64,000 bases of DNA from Candidatus Helarchaeota archaeon (GCA_019058315.1 JAHPZH010000003.1:137669-201668); one strand, 5' to 3'; shown: positions 9,137 through 19,957, counted from the first letter of the stretch. Notes: a model not told the origin generated them from the sequence alone. Numbers and translations are program-made.

Positions 9137-10042
9137 TTAACTTAATATAAGTTCCATGTATTTTTTTGGTTTGAAGGGCTCCAAATTATCATAAGATTGA
9201 CCATTTCCTAAGAAAAGTATTGGTTTTTTACTGATATAAGCCACTGATATTATAGCCCCACCTTTAACATCAGCATCCGCCATATTTAGGATTGATGCAT
9301 CAACACCAACTTCTTTGGAGAATATCCTAATTTGTTCATATGCAGAATTTCCAACTAACAATGACGCTACAAAAATTCTTAAATCTGGTTCAGCTACCCT
9401 ACAAATTTTATTCATTTCTTGGATTAAATTCTTATTAGTTTCCATTCTACCTGCTGTATCAATCAAGACTACATTAATGTGTTTGCTTATCGCATGATTG
9501 ATTGCATCAAATGCCACTGAAGCTGGATCTGAACCATAATCGTGTTTTATTAAGCGAACATTTAAATTTTTGGCATGTTTTCCTAGTTGTTCAATGCTAC
9601 CTGCCCTAAATGTATCTGCGGCTGCTAATACTGATGTGTATTTATTATCCATAAAATATTTAACTAATTTTGCTATTGTTGTGGTTTTTCCGGTTCCATT
9701 AATACCTAAAAAGAGCAGAATAAGAGGTTCTCCGCGATTTTTCTTTTCTTCACATAATTTAAGTAAATCAATTGGATTTTCTGGTGTTAACATGTTAAGA
9801 ATTGTATTTTCTAAAGCTGAAAAACTGACATTTTTAATTTTTTCAAGTCTGCCTACTTTTTCACCAGATAAATCTTGTTTAAGGGAATCACAAATTTCGT
9901 CAGCTGCCGAAACAGCAACATCATTTCTAATTAGATTAAATCTGAGATCATCCAAATGTTTTTCTAAATTTTTTTCAGAAAGCATTTTAGTGGTAATTTT
10001 TTCATAAAATCCTTTAAAAGCCCCTTTTAATTTATCAAACAC
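9137..10042 (-). CDS. ftsY: Signal recognition particle receptor FtsY
   Basis: GINGTGKTTTIAKL, DTFRAG, DTAGR, KGG, GQSYDNL. Confidence 0.97.
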   Translation of the reverse strand: MFDKLKGAFKGFYEKITTKMLSEKNLEKHLDDLRFNLIRNDVAVSAADEICDSLKQDLSGEKVGRLEKIKNVSFSALENTILNMLTPENPIDLLKLCEEKKNRGEPLILLFLGINGTGKTTTIAKLVKYFMDNKYTSVLAAADTFRAGSIEQLGKHAKNLNVRLIKHDYGSDPASVAFDAINHAISKHINVVLIDTAGRMETNKNLIQEMNKICRVAEPDLRIFVASLLVGNSAYEQIRIFSKEVGVDASILNMADADVKGGAIISVAYISKKPILFLGNGQSYDNLEPFKPKKYMELILS

Positions 10043-10074
10043 AAAATTTCAACTCAAAAATGAAGAAATCAATC

Positions 10075-10521
10075 TTATGAGGAAGGCGGCGGACCTGGTT
10101 CTTGTCCCTGTTGTAATCTGCTGTATAATTCCTGGAATTTAGGTCTTAACTCATTCATTTGATTTGCATATGCTTGTAATCTTCCACCTAATGCTTGTTG
10201 TCCTTGTCTTAAATCGTTAATTCTTGAATCAATATTTTCTTTTGCGTTCGCAATAGTGACCTCTGCAAAATAATCGCTACCAAGATTAATAATTAATTTT
10301 TTTGTATCTGTAATTTTTGCCTTTAAATATGCAACTCCGCCCACAGGAATAAGGATCTCTTGCCCCTCTTCCACTGTTTTCAAATTTTCAATCGTAAAGT
10401 TGGAATTTTCTAAGTTCATAATTGATGTGTCGATTAATTGCAATTGACTTTGTAATCGTTCAATTTGTTCTTCTAAAAATTTAATCTGTATTGCCATTTT
10501 ATTTAAATCATTCATATTCAT
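10075..10521 (-). CDS. pfdA: Prefoldin alpha subunit
   Basis: Coiled coil, EILIPVGG..YLKAKI...LIINLGSDYFAE, coiled coil; adjacent to ftsY as in the conserved archaeal cluster. Confidence 0.95.
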   Translation of the reverse strand: MNMNDLNKMAIQIKFLEEQIERLQSQLQLIDTSIMNLENSNFTIENLKTVEEGQEILIPVGGVAYLKAKITDTKKLIINLGSDYFAEVTIANAKENIDSRINDLRQGQQALGGRLQAYANQMNELRPKFQELYSRLQQGQEPGPPPSS

Positions 10522-10857
10522 AATATAATTACTCCTTTATTTATCTTTTAAATTTACTTTCATTTGGTTCTTTTAACTCTTCTGTTGATTTATCTTAATA
10601 TCTATAAGTTTAAATTTAAGATGTCAACCAATAATTTGATATAATTATTTTAAAACAGCTTGTTCTCTAATAGCTAATAAAAATAATTGATATTATTGGT
10701 AATTTCTTAATTTTTTAAGATAATTAGTAAATCTTAATCCAGTGTTAACTTCTTATCCAATTCTATCGAGTACTTGGAAATAAATTTATCTATTATAATA
10801 TTAAATGTCTTTTTGAAATTGAAATTTTTAATTTAAATTTTAATAACAATTGGAGCG

Positions 10858-11463
10858 ATGCTAATTTTGGGAATAAATGATGCGATTCCTCCTCATGTGC
10901 GACAAAATATCAGCACAGGCGAAGAAATCATATCAACTTTTCGTGGGAATTATAAAAGGAAGTCTAAATCTTCTCCTAAGAATTGGAATAATTGTTTAAT
11001 GATTTTAACGACTGAAAAGCTGTTAATTGATTCTGAGAAAAAAAAAGCTATTGAAAAACTTTCTCTTTCAAATGTGCTCTCTGTTGAACGCTCAAAAGTA
11101 AATAAATTGAGAATATTTTATACTCCAAGAGAGACTTCCGAAGAAGAAAAAATAACCTTAGAAATAGAAAAAAATAAGGGCGAGAAAAAGGAAGATTTCA
11201 CTAATAGATTAGACGAAATAACCCAAAATATCGAGGTTTTTTATGATTCTGCTGAAGAGGACTCAGAATCTGAAGATAAGGGGACTTCTATTATTCCAGA
11301 TTTAATTATTAAACCCACAAGTCCTATGGGCATTCCATCTGAAGCTAAAGAAGTAAAAAATAAGAAGGCTATTATTACAGGAAGACGGTTTTGTCCCAAT
11401 TGTGGAGAAAAATTGCCACAAGGAGGTAAATTTTGTGCTGCTTGTGGCACACAAGTTAATTAA
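10858..11463 (+). CDS. PH-like domain protein with C-terminal zinc ribbon
   Basis: GEEII...LMILTTEKLLI...LSNVLSV PH/GRAM-like pattern; acidic linker; FCPNCG..FCAACG. Confidence 0.6.
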   Translation: MLILGINDAIPPHVRQNISTGEEIISTFRGNYKRKSKSSPKNWNNCLMILTTEKLLIDSEKKKAIEKLSLSNVLSVERSKVNKLRIFYTPRETSEEEKITLEIEKNKGEKKEDFTNRLDEITQNIEVFYDSAEEDSESEDKGTSIIPDLIIKPTSPMGIPSEAKEVKNKKAIITGRRFCPNCGEKLPQGGKFCAACGTQVN

Positions 11464-11480
11464 AAAATGGTGATTTTGAT

Positions 11481-12743
11481 ATGTTTTACACTAAGGTCCC
11501 TATAGCAATAGAGGGTATTGAAAAGTCTTTTACTGTTTTTAATCATACTTGGAAATATTTATTTGAACAAGTCCGTGAGAATTTAACTTTTGTATTTAAT
11601 AATCAAAGAGAGCAACTTTTAGATTATTTGAATTTTTTAACAGGTGAGTGTTGTGAAAAACAAGCAAATAACGAAAGTAAGATTGTATTTGCCGCTGCAG
11701 GGCGCTCTCTGTTTATGGGCGCAAAGCCCTTAGCACATCGATTAGCTCAACTAGATTATAATGTGGAATATCCATATCCAGAAATTAATATAACAGGACC
11801 ACCTTCCTCGAAAATTAATGAAGGGGATACAATTATTGCCATATCAACATCAGGAAGAACTGCAAGTGTTGTTCAAAAGGTTGAATATGGGAGAACAGCA
11901 AGTTGTGATATAATTATTGAATGCGGAAGGCCTGGATCAAAGATATCTGAGGGACCATATACAGTATTTATTCATGTTCCTGATAAATTAAATGAAGAAA
12001 AGTTAAAGGGAACACATGCAGATTTAATTTTTACTCCATTAGGTACAACTTCTGAATTCACACATGCAGTTTTTTCTGAATTGCTTGGAAGGGGTTTGTA
12101 CGAAATGAAAATTAATAATAAGGAAGCGGATGAATCATTAAAAATTATGGAGAAAAGTATGGAGCAGATGATCACAACAGGCGAGGCAGACCTAAATAAA
12201 TGTGTATTAGATTGTGTAGATGATATAAAAGAATTTATTGCTAATATGATCTTGAAATTCTATTCAAATCACACAATTCATTTATTTGGGCGAGGAAAAA
12301 TTTTTGATATGCAAATTGCCCCCTTTGAAATGAGATTACGTCAAATGCCACATGGTTTTATCACATCAATTATTGATTATGCAACTATGAATAGACCTGT
12401 ACGACCAGGCCAATTAGTAATATTAAGTTCTGGTTCGGGAGCACTTTCCATGACTGCAGAAAAAGTTAAAAAATTAGGTGCAATGATAATAGGTATCACG
12501 TCACAGAAGCAATCACCATTCTACGACTTATTAGATATTAAAATACATTTAAATGGGAGAAAAAGTATGAAAAAATATGATTGGGAACTAAGACAGTGGA
12601 AAGGTGGAACTAGTCAATGGGCTCCTGAAGGGTCACAATTTGAGATTAACGGGAGTGTATTCTTTGAAGCAATTTTTGCAGGTATTTGTAATTATGCAGG
12701 TGTAACAGAGAGCGATTTAGCTTATGGACATGTTAATTTATAA
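11481..12743 (+). CDS. Tandem double SIS-domain protein (6-phospho-3-hexuloisomerase-like)
   Basis: AAGRS..LAHRLAQL, AISTSGRT, PLGTTSE; second copy GRGK..FEMRLRQM, LSSGSG, PEGSQFE; C-terminal HVNL. Confidence 0.7.
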   Translation: MFYTKVPIAIEGIEKSFTVFNHTWKYLFEQVRENLTFVFNNQREQLLDYLNFLTGECCEKQANNESKIVFAAAGRSLFMGAKPLAHRLAQLDYNVEYPYPEINITGPPSSKINEGDTIIAISTSGRTASVVQKVEYGRTASCDIIIECGRPGSKISEGPYTVFIHVPDKLNEEKLKGTHADLIFTPLGTTSEFTHAVFSELLGRGLYEMKINNKEADESLKIMEKSMEQMITTGEADLNKCVLDCVDDIKEFIANMILKFYSNHTIHLFGRGKIFDMQIAPFEMRLRQMPHGFITSIIDYATMNRPVRPGQLVILSSGSGALSMTAEKVKKLGAMIIGITSQKQSPFYDLLDIKIHLNGRKSMKKYDWELRQWKGGTSQWAPEGSQFEINGSVFFEAIFAGICNYAGVTESDLAYGHVNL

Positions 12744-12800
12744 TTTAATTAAACCACGTTATTTTAAAAATGAAATAAAGAAAAAAAATAAAAAAAGAAT

Positions 12801-14894
12801 TTAAGCATAGATCAAGAACAGTTTACCTGCTTCAAAGAACGATAATAAAAGCGTAGAAATTATTATAGATGTTATCAGACTTTTTGATCGTTGATAAACA
12901 TATCCATTTAAAATAGACAAAGCAAAGAAGGCTAACATAACGACTCCAAATACCAAGAAAAACATAGCTGGGCTTACTATTGATGAAAATGATATAGACA
13001 TACCTATACCGAAGTTTAAACCAATAACAATTCCGCTAATTAAAGCATTAAATAATAAAGATTTCCACTGTTTTAATTTTCTCCGACCTTTATCCATTTT
13101 TGTCTGAATAAGCCCTCTAAAAGTTAATTCATAGACAATTGCTTGAAGACAAAGAACACCCATTAATACAAAGAAATCGGCATAAACCTCCGCCTCAAAT
13201 GGTCTGGGGAGCATTAATGGAACATGGACCGAATAAGCAAGAGGATTATATATTGCAATAGTGGGTAAAAATGCCAGAAATCCGATTACTAATCCACGAA
13301 GTGCTGATTTAGGAGAAAGTCCAAAATCTTCTAACTTTAACCCTTGTTTTTTCCATTCATATAGTATTATAGCAATAATAGCAGGGAGCTGGAAAAGCGC
13401 ACTAAATAATGTAAATAGATTCATTAAGTCCCACAACCAAAATCGGGTAAAGGAAGTAATAGGAAACACATATCTAAATAATGTAATTCCCAAAACACCA
13501 AAGCCGATAAATATAGAAGAATACATCAAAATTTTACGAAGTAATTGATTTTTTTCATAAGATTTTGCGATTTCTGATTTTGAGACTACTTTTTGCTTTA
13601 TCCATGAAGCTAGATAAGAGGTCATTACTGGAATAATTCCAATTGCGCCTACTAGGAGACAGATCCAGCCAGCCGATCTCTGGTACATGTCCGAGAAGTA
13701 TGTCGGAGCTAATAGAGATATTGCTCTTTCACCATTCCATGTAACATTCATTGCTTCATTAAACCACAACATAAGATTAATAGCTACTTCATCACCTAAA
13801 GCTTCTTTTATATGATCAGTTCCTGGAAGCAATACAAGTCTCCTTGCAGTTCCTCTTGTAGTATTTCCATAATCCCAAAAGAGTTTTCCAAGGATATTTT
13901 CAAGTATTTCAATATCCTCTACATTATAATGGGTAGCATTAGCTGTTGCATTTCTCATAATATTTATCTGGGCTAATGGATTAGTGAGTTGATCGTCCCA
14001 GCCGGTGATCAGGCAGTAATTTCTAATATTTGTGCTGTTAATAAAATTTACTACAGACCTTGCTTCCATTTGGTATGGTACTGTTAAAGGTTGATTGTTC
14101 CCTAACCAACCCCAAGTTCTAAAAAGCCAATTAATAGAGGGTTCCGAAAAAACAGTTCCATATTTTATTTCATCAGGCAGATAAATAAGAACAGGCGATA
14201 TATCGTTACTAAAGCGGCTGACCGAAGAAATAATAGTATCCAACATATCATCCCAAGAATAAATTGCCCCACATGCAGTTATGTTACCTCCAGTACCGAT
14301 TTTATTTCCAGTGACAGGATTTGTCCAATTATCGAAAATTCCAGCCCGTGTCGTTGTGATGCCTCCCATTGAATGTCCAGATACACCAATTTTACTCGTA
14401 TCGACATCCCAACACATATATTTTAAGTAATCAACTGCAGAATAGACTCCAGCAAGAGTTTGAATCCCCATATCCCATAACCCTCCTGAATCGCCATGAC
14501 CAGGGTGTGCAATCGAAAGAACTTTAAATCCAGCCATTGCTAAAGCTCTCGGAATATTATATTGGATTTCAGGATTAGCTATCATCCCATGCATAAATAC
14601 AACTGCAGGTAATTTATAATCATTTTCAGGGTGAAGAAGGTTGAAATAAATAGGTGGTGTATATAGATATCCAGAAACGGTGTAATCTTGAATATAATTT
14701 ATGGTTTGAGTTGAAAAATAGGTATTAAGTTCATAAGTGTATCGTGGATTTGTACGAAATGAAATTCTATCTTGTCGAACTTCGTTAAAAGTACCATTAG
14801 CAGCCATTAATGGACCTAATACACATAATAGTCCACAGATCAAGAACCAGATACGTCGATTAAAGACCATCCTTATGATGTCTAAAAATCGCAT
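12801..14894 (-). CDS. Membrane-anchored alpha/beta hydrolase fused to a multi-TM CPBP/Abi-like domain
   Basis: VFMHG, GHGDSGG, GHSMGG nucleophile elbow, GWDD, DH; C-terminal TM bundle with ELTFRG. Confidence 0.75.
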   Translation of the reverse strand: MRFLDIIRMVFNRRIWFLICGLLCVLGPLMAANGTFNEVRQDRISFRTNPRYTYELNTYFSTQTINYIQDYTVSGYLYTPPIYFNLLHPENDYKLPAVVFMHGMIANPEIQYNIPRALAMAGFKVLSIAHPGHGDSGGLWDMGIQTLAGVYSAVDYLKYMCWDVDTSKIGVSGHSMGGITTTRAGIFDNWTNPVTGNKIGTGGNITACGAIYSWDDMLDTIISSVSRFSNDISPVLIYLPDEIKYGTVFSEPSINWLFRTWGWLGNNQPLTVPYQMEARSVVNFINSTNIRNYCLITGWDDQLTNPLAQINIMRNATANATHYNVEDIEILENILGKLFWDYGNTTRGTARRLVLLPGTDHIKEALGDEVAINLMLWFNEAMNVTWNGERAISLLAPTYFSDMYQRSAGWICLLVGAIGIIPVMTSYLASWIKQKVVSKSEIAKSYEKNQLLRKILMYSSIFIGFGVLGITLFRYVFPITSFTRFWLWDLMNLFTLFSALFQLPAIIAIILYEWKKQGLKLEDFGLSPKSALRGLVIGFLAFLPTIAIYNPLAYSVHVPLMLPRPFEAEVYADFFVLMGVLCLQAIVYELTFRGLIQTKMDKGRRKLKQWKSLLFNALISGIVIGLNFGIGMSISFSSIVSPAMFFLVFGVVMLAFFALSILNGYVYQRSKSLITSIIISTLLLSFFEAGKLFLIYA

Positions 14895-15096
14895 AGAATA
14901 TCCTCCATAATTTAGGATATTATTTTGTTAATTGTGGAATTATTTAAATTTTTTTTAATATATCACACTACTAATTCTCATTTTCGACAAAAATAAGATA
15001 TTTAGATTTTAAATATCCGTTTATAATCGTGTATAATTGTAATTCTTAATTAAATCTCTTTGTTATTTTCTTTTGAATAATAAAAAAAGTAATATT

Positions 15097-16227
15097 TTAA
15101 GCACTAAAGATGTTCATGTCAAAGTTCTCAAGACCCAGTTTTTTTAAGTCAAGAGTTGGATCATCTCTTACTTTCTCCATAATAATCGCATTTTTAGTAC
15201 AATTAACTGCGCATACACCACATCCAATACAGATGTCATACTTTATGATTATCTTTTCGTCAGATAAATCTTCCTCGATCGGAAATTTATGAAATATTGC
15301 ATTCATTGGACATTTTTTAACGCAAGTTCCACATTTGACACATAGTTCATTGTTAATTTGTGGTTGAAAATTGCTTTGTTTGACTACAGGTACTCCGTAT
15401 TTCGCCGCTGGGTAAAGCCCTCCACAGTGGCAACTGCAACAATTACATATCAACATATTAGATTGGGGTCCTGAGATATTTCCTCCATTATGGACCAATC
15501 CAGCTTTTTCTGCTTTTTTAAGATAATCGATGGCTTCCTCTTTACTAAGTTTTCTTCCGATTCCCATATCTACAAGTTGCTTTGCAATAATTCCTGCAAC
15601 AAAACATCCTACATCTTTTGGTGCGACTTTACAAAGATCGCCTTCGTACTCACCTATAAGTCGACATTGACAAGGTAATGCTGCCCAATAATCGTTTTGA
15701 TTTATCATTTCTTCCACTAATTCATACGGTAGAATTTGAGATTCTGGTTTAATTGTTTCATCAATATTAATGATTTTCTCTCTTGCCTCATATGGAAGTT
15801 TCGGGCGAAAAACTTCTACTTTTGCACTTAGAAACATTGAAGGTAAAACTTGATCAATTATTTCACGAAAAACCTTTGCTCCCTTCTTTAGATTTTCCTC
15901 TGTATCTTTAGCAGTTAGATAATATAATTCAAAAATCCCAGGAGCAAGAGGTAATAAACCAAATGAATTTCCAACTTTTAATATAGTTCCTTTTCTTGCA
16001 CAATTGTTTAAAATTTCCTTGACTTTCTCCTTTTCCATTCCTGCTATTTTAGCTAATTTTCTAGGAGTAGTTAATTTTCTAACACCCTCCATATGACTTA
16101 AGACTTTTGCTTCTTCTTCGGTCCAAATTATTCTTAAAAATTCAAGGACTTTTTTATGTTTCGGAGCACCTATTGGACCAGCTCTTAATTTATTCCTCAC
16201 AATATCGTAATAATCAACTTCAGTCAT
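15097..16227 (-). CDS. 4Fe-4S cluster-binding protein with N-terminal HTH-like region
   Basis: CQCR, ICNCCSCHC, and two CxxCxxCxxxC ferredoxin motifs. Confidence 0.85.
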   Translation of the reverse strand: MTEVDYYDIVRNKLRAGPIGAPKHKKVLEFLRIIWTEEEAKVLSHMEGVRKLTTPRKLAKIAGMEKEKVKEILNNCARKGTILKVGNSFGLLPLAPGIFELYYLTAKDTEENLKKGAKVFREIIDQVLPSMFLSAKVEVFRPKLPYEAREKIINIDETIKPESQILPYELVEEMINQNDYWAALPCQCRLIGEYEGDLCKVAPKDVGCFVAGIIAKQLVDMGIGRKLSKEEAIDYLKKAEKAGLVHNGGNISGPQSNMLICNCCSCHCGGLYPAAKYGVPVVKQSNFQPQINNELCVKCGTCVKKCPMNAIFHKFPIEEDLSDEKIIIKYDICIGCGVCAVNCTKNAIIMEKVRDDPTLDLKKLGLENFDMNIFSA

Positions 16228-16311
16228 ATTTACTCAACTTGAACAGGTAATTATAATTAATTAGATCAAAAAATCTTAAAAAAACTAGCATAACTTGCTG
16301 ATATTAGTCAT

Positions 16312-16986
16312 TCAAACTATATCAAAAACTTGACCTAATCTCATAATTTCAGGACCTGTTGTATCATCCCCAACAACAGCACCATGAGAATTTGCAATAA
16401 CTCCAGACGCAATATATGGATATCCTGCATTTATTGTACCGATATCGACTTCCACCCTAAGGACCTCACCTAGCCATTCCAGAATTTCATGATTGGCATC
16501 AACATGAACTAATACACCTTTGTTTGTACAAAGTGCTTGCGATCCCACCAAACCAGGTTCTTCTGATCCGAGGATATTTCCTTTGACTATTTCTACGCCT
16601 AACGCATCCTCAATAATTTTCAATTGATTCCTTTCAAAGTCAGGATTTATAATTGCGGCTTTATCATTACAAAGAATATTATTTCCTAATGCAGTTAATT
16701 CAGTTCTAACTGTTGCTATATTGATATCCAATTGTTTTTGAAGTTTAATTTGCTCATTATCCGTTATAGTATGAGGGACTAGATATCCATTTTTATTTCC
16801 AATAGATAATGTATGTATGATGTGGGATTGTGCGATATTTATAGCAATACATGATACATTTAAGGTATTTTCTACTGTTTTTATTTCTCGTTTGGTTAAT
16901 CCTTCAGGAATTACACAATAATCATCAGTAGCAAATGAAAAAACGCCAATGTTTGGATTATTGAAAAAATTTTGCTTAATAATCAT
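16312..16986 (-). CDS. eif6: Translation initiation factor aIF-6
   Basis: [51 protein letters not shown]. Confidence 0.95.
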   Translation of the reverse strand: MIIKQNFFNNPNIGVFSFATDDYCVIPEGLTKREIKTVENTLNVSCIAINIAQSHIIHTLSIGNKNGYLVPHTITDNEQIKLQKQLDINIATVRTELTALGNNILCNDKAAIINPDFERNQLKIIEDALGVEIVKGNILGSEEPGLVGSQALCTNKGVLVHVDANHEILEWLGEVLRVEVDIGTINAGYPYIASGVIANSHGAVVGDDTTGPEIMRLGQVFDIV

Positions 16987-17102
16987 TTTTTTCTTTTTCT
17001 CGAATTATAAGATATTATTAAAAAAATGATACTCTTGATTATTTTAAAAAGAGTTTGAAAAAATTCTTTTATTATTTTACTACTTTTTTCTTTTGAAAAG
17101 CT

Positions 17103-18038
17103 TTGATTGAATTAAAAAATTTAACAAAAAAATTTAAGGAAACAGTTGCAGTTAATGATATCTCTTTAAAGATAGAAGATAAAGAAATTTTCGGTTTGTT
17201 AGGACCGAATGGGGCAGGTAAAACCACGTTACTCTTAATTATTGTTACCGTTTTGAGACCGACTTCGGGTACTGCAATAATTAATGGATTCGATGTATTA
17301 ACTCATCCAAATGAAGTTAGAAAGCAGATTGGTATATGTTTTCAAGATGTAAAATTGGATTGGTCTTTAAATTATAGAGAGATTTTAAATTGGCATGGGA
17401 AAGTTTGTGGTTTATCCAAAGAAATAAGAGAAAAGAGAATAGCTGATTTGACAAAGAAATTACGATTAGACGAAGCTGGAAAAAAAAGTGTATGGAAACT
17501 CTCGGGAGGTATGAGAAAAAAAGTTGAGGTATCTAAAATATTACTTCAACGCCCAAAAGTCGCTATTTTTGACGAACCTACCTCAAATTTAGACCCTGAA
17601 ATGAAAAACATAATTTGGGAATATATAGAAGCGATGAGAGATGAACATGGTAGTACTGTATTATTAGCAACAAATCAGATGGAAGAGGCAGATGAATTAT
17701 GTAAAAAGGATAGAATAGCTATTATTAATGAGGGAAAATTAATAACAATTGATTCACCAGTAAAACTTAAAGACTCAATTCCTGGGGGCGATATTATTGA
17801 AGTTAAAACAAATAAAAGTGCAGATGCAATTAAAGGAAAAATATTAAATATCGACCATGTTGTTGATGTCCAATTAACTGATAATGAGGCATATATTTAT
17901 CTAAATCATTCTGAAAAAATTGCGCCTCATATTTTACAGCTTTTCATAGAAAATGGGTTTACTATAAATAAGTTCAAAATGAGTGAACCTTCACTGGAGC
18001 AAGTTTTTTTTAAGTATACAAAACGGAGTTTATTATGA
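17103..18038 (+). CDS. ABC-2 exporter ATP-binding subunit (DrrA-like)
   Basis: GPNGAGKTT, LSGGM, FDEPT, PSLEQVF. Confidence 0.95.
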   Translation: MIELKNLTKKFKETVAVNDISLKIEDKEIFGLLGPNGAGKTTLLLIIVTVLRPTSGTAIINGFDVLTHPNEVRKQIGICFQDVKLDWSLNYREILNWHGKVCGLSKEIREKRIADLTKKLRLDEAGKKSVWKLSGGMRKKVEVSKILLQRPKVAIFDEPTSNLDPEMKNIIWEYIEAMRDEHGSTVLLATNQMEEADELCKKDRIAIINEGKLITIDSPVKLKDSIPGGDIIEVKTNKSADAIKGKILNIDHVVDVQLTDNEAYIYLNHSEKIAPHILQLFIENGFTINKFKMSEPSLEQVFFKYTKRSLL

Positions 18039-18805
18039 GTAAAGTAATTCTATATGTCGCAGAGCGTGATTTGAGATATATTTGGAGTAATTTAATTTTC
18101 TTAATGGTTCAATATATTTCATTCATTATCCAAATTTTTGTTTATTCTATAGTTTTGAATGCTCTAATACCTTTGTTAAATTATGTAACCTATTATGCAA
18201 CAGGAATGACAATTTTAACCTTATGGTCTATTTCCATGTATACAGTTTATTTTGTATATGGGGAAAAAACACACGGAATATTGCCATATATCTTAACCTT
18301 ACCGATTACAAGGAGAGATTATGTAATTGGCAGAGTTATTGGTTCGAGTATCAGAGTAATGATATATATTTTTCCATTGGTTTTAATAACCCTATTTGTT
18401 ACTGGAGTAGAAAATCCCATTAATTTATTGATGGTTATAGGGTTACTTTACTTATTTATATTTGGTGTTAATGGTTTAGCCGTTACTCTTGGTTCTGCGA
18501 TTAAAGGGGAACGTAAACTGGATATATTAATGGGTGTAATCGATGCATTCATGATTAGAATTTCAACAATTTATTATCCCCAATATGCTATGGATACTTG
18601 GATGCAAATAGGATCTCAAATTAATCCATTATCACACATTTCTACGCTATTTAGATGGTCTTTAGGTATGCAAAATGTTCTTTCCCCGCAATTTCCACCA
18701 GAATTAATTATATCAATAATATTTATTATAATTTTATCCACACTGCTCTTTATTTTTAGTTTGAAAATTTATGAGAATTCAATAGAGGGGGGAGAACATG
18801 GATAA
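18035..18805 (+). CDS. ABC-2 type permease
   Basis: About 6 TM, NPLS motif, 4-nt overlap with the ATPase. Confidence 0.9.
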   Translation: MSKVILYVAERDLRYIWSNLIFLMVQYISFIIQIFVYSIVLNALIPLLNYVTYYATGMTILTLWSISMYTVYFVYGEKTHGILPYILTLPITRRDYVIGRVIGSSIRVMIYIFPLVLITLFVTGVENPINLLMVIGLLYLFIFGVNGLAVTLGSAIKGERKLDILMGVIDAFMIRISTIYYPQYAMDTWMQIGSQINPLSHISTLFRWSLGMQNVLSPQFPPELIISIIFIIILSTLLFIFSLKIYENSIEGGEHG

Positions 18806-19616
18806 AGGCTATACTTCTAGATTTGGAATCCTTTCTGTTATTCTAGAAAGAGATTTAAGAAGCTTTTCAAAATACAGTTGGTGGATAATTGGTTTAATAA
18901 TGATGAATTTAGCCGATCTTTTTATTTTGGCAACTACATTAACGAAAATTACAATTGGTCTAAATTATTTTATTTTTTTCACTCCAGGAATAACTATGTT
19001 AGCTACATTTTCAAGTGCATTTTTGATGGGTAGAGAAGTTAATGAAGAAAAAAGATATGGTAGAGATCAATATTTACTTGCTCTCCCCATATCGAGAACT
19101 ATTTTTATATTTGGTAGAACTTTAGCTGGTGCAGTTAGAGGGATAATTTATAGTATTTCATTGTTAATAATGGCGTTAATTTTTACCAGCACTTCGAAAA
19201 TAATTTCAGATTTTTCTATAGGACTCGTTATAATTCCATATAGAACCTTTCTTGATTATTCAATCTTATTTTTCATATCAATAGGAGTAATTTTCCTTAC
19301 ATCTTTAGGAATGTCTGAATTCAGTATAGCAATTGGAACTTCTATTAAAAAATTTGAAAATTATTCTTTATCTCGAACTTTTGCTTCGCTTTGGTTAATG
19401 TTTGGATCTACAGTTTATTATCCTAGAGAGAAAATGCCAGGAATTATGGCATTTTTTTCAGATTTGAATCCTTTAAGTTATGGAGTTAATATTCTTAGAG
19501 GTCTCCTCTTTAATATGCCAATCAGAGTGTTGGATATTATTGGATTATTGGTTTTTACTGTAGTTATGTTCTTTTTATGTTTTTATTTCTACAATAAATC
19601 CACACAAGGGGAATAA
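18798..19616 (+). CDS. ABC-2 type permease
   Basis: PGI, LPISR..GR, YYP, NPLSYGV motifs. Confidence 0.9.
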   Translation: MDKGYTSRFGILSVILERDLRSFSKYSWWIIGLIMMNLADLFILATTLTKITIGLNYFIFFTPGITMLATFSSAFLMGREVNEEKRYGRDQYLLALPISRTIFIFGRTLAGAVRGIIYSISLLIMALIFTSTSKIISDFSIGLVIIPYRTFLDYSILFFISIGVIFLTSLGMSEFSIAIGTSIKKFENYSLSRTFASLWLMFGSTVYYPREKMPGIMAFFSDLNPLSYGVNILRGLLFNMPIRVLDIIGLLVFTVVMFFLCFYFYNKSTQGE

Positions 19617-19684
19617 AATTAGATAAATTAGATATTAAGTAAGTCTATTTAAAAAAGATTAAGAAAAAATTTTAAAATATAAGT

Positions 19685-19942
19685 TTAGACTTTTTTCAAA
19701 ATTTCAATTGCAATTACTTTACCATTTTTTATTAAAAGTCTCGGTGTGTAGTCAGAGCTAAAAATAAAACCTTCTGGTAGTCCAGAGGCTTTTTCAATAT
19801 CTTTTTTGATAACTTCTTTTCCAAGAACCATTACTTTCTTTTCAGTAACTGCATAAAAGACGGGGGGTATTACTACACCTTCCCGTTCATAACCTTCAGG
19901 CAAGTCATTATTTAAAACTTCATCTAAAATAGCTTGAGACAT
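19685..19942 (-). CDS. Stand-alone 'domain X' protein (paralog of the C-terminal domain of the upstream gelsolin-like protein)
   Basis: Aligns end-to-end with aa ~125-209 of 19958..20587 (PEGYERE/PDGFDRE, VLGKEV, LPEG/LPDG, LIKNGKVIAIEILK/LIKDGKVAAIEILK). Has its own AGGAG SD. Confidence 0.85.
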   Translation of the reverse strand: MSQAILDEVLNNDLPEGYEREGVVIPPVFYAVTEKKVMVLGKEVIKKDIEKASGLPEGFIFSSDYTPRLLIKNGKVIAIEILKKV

Positions 19943-19957
19943 AAAACTTACTCCTTT

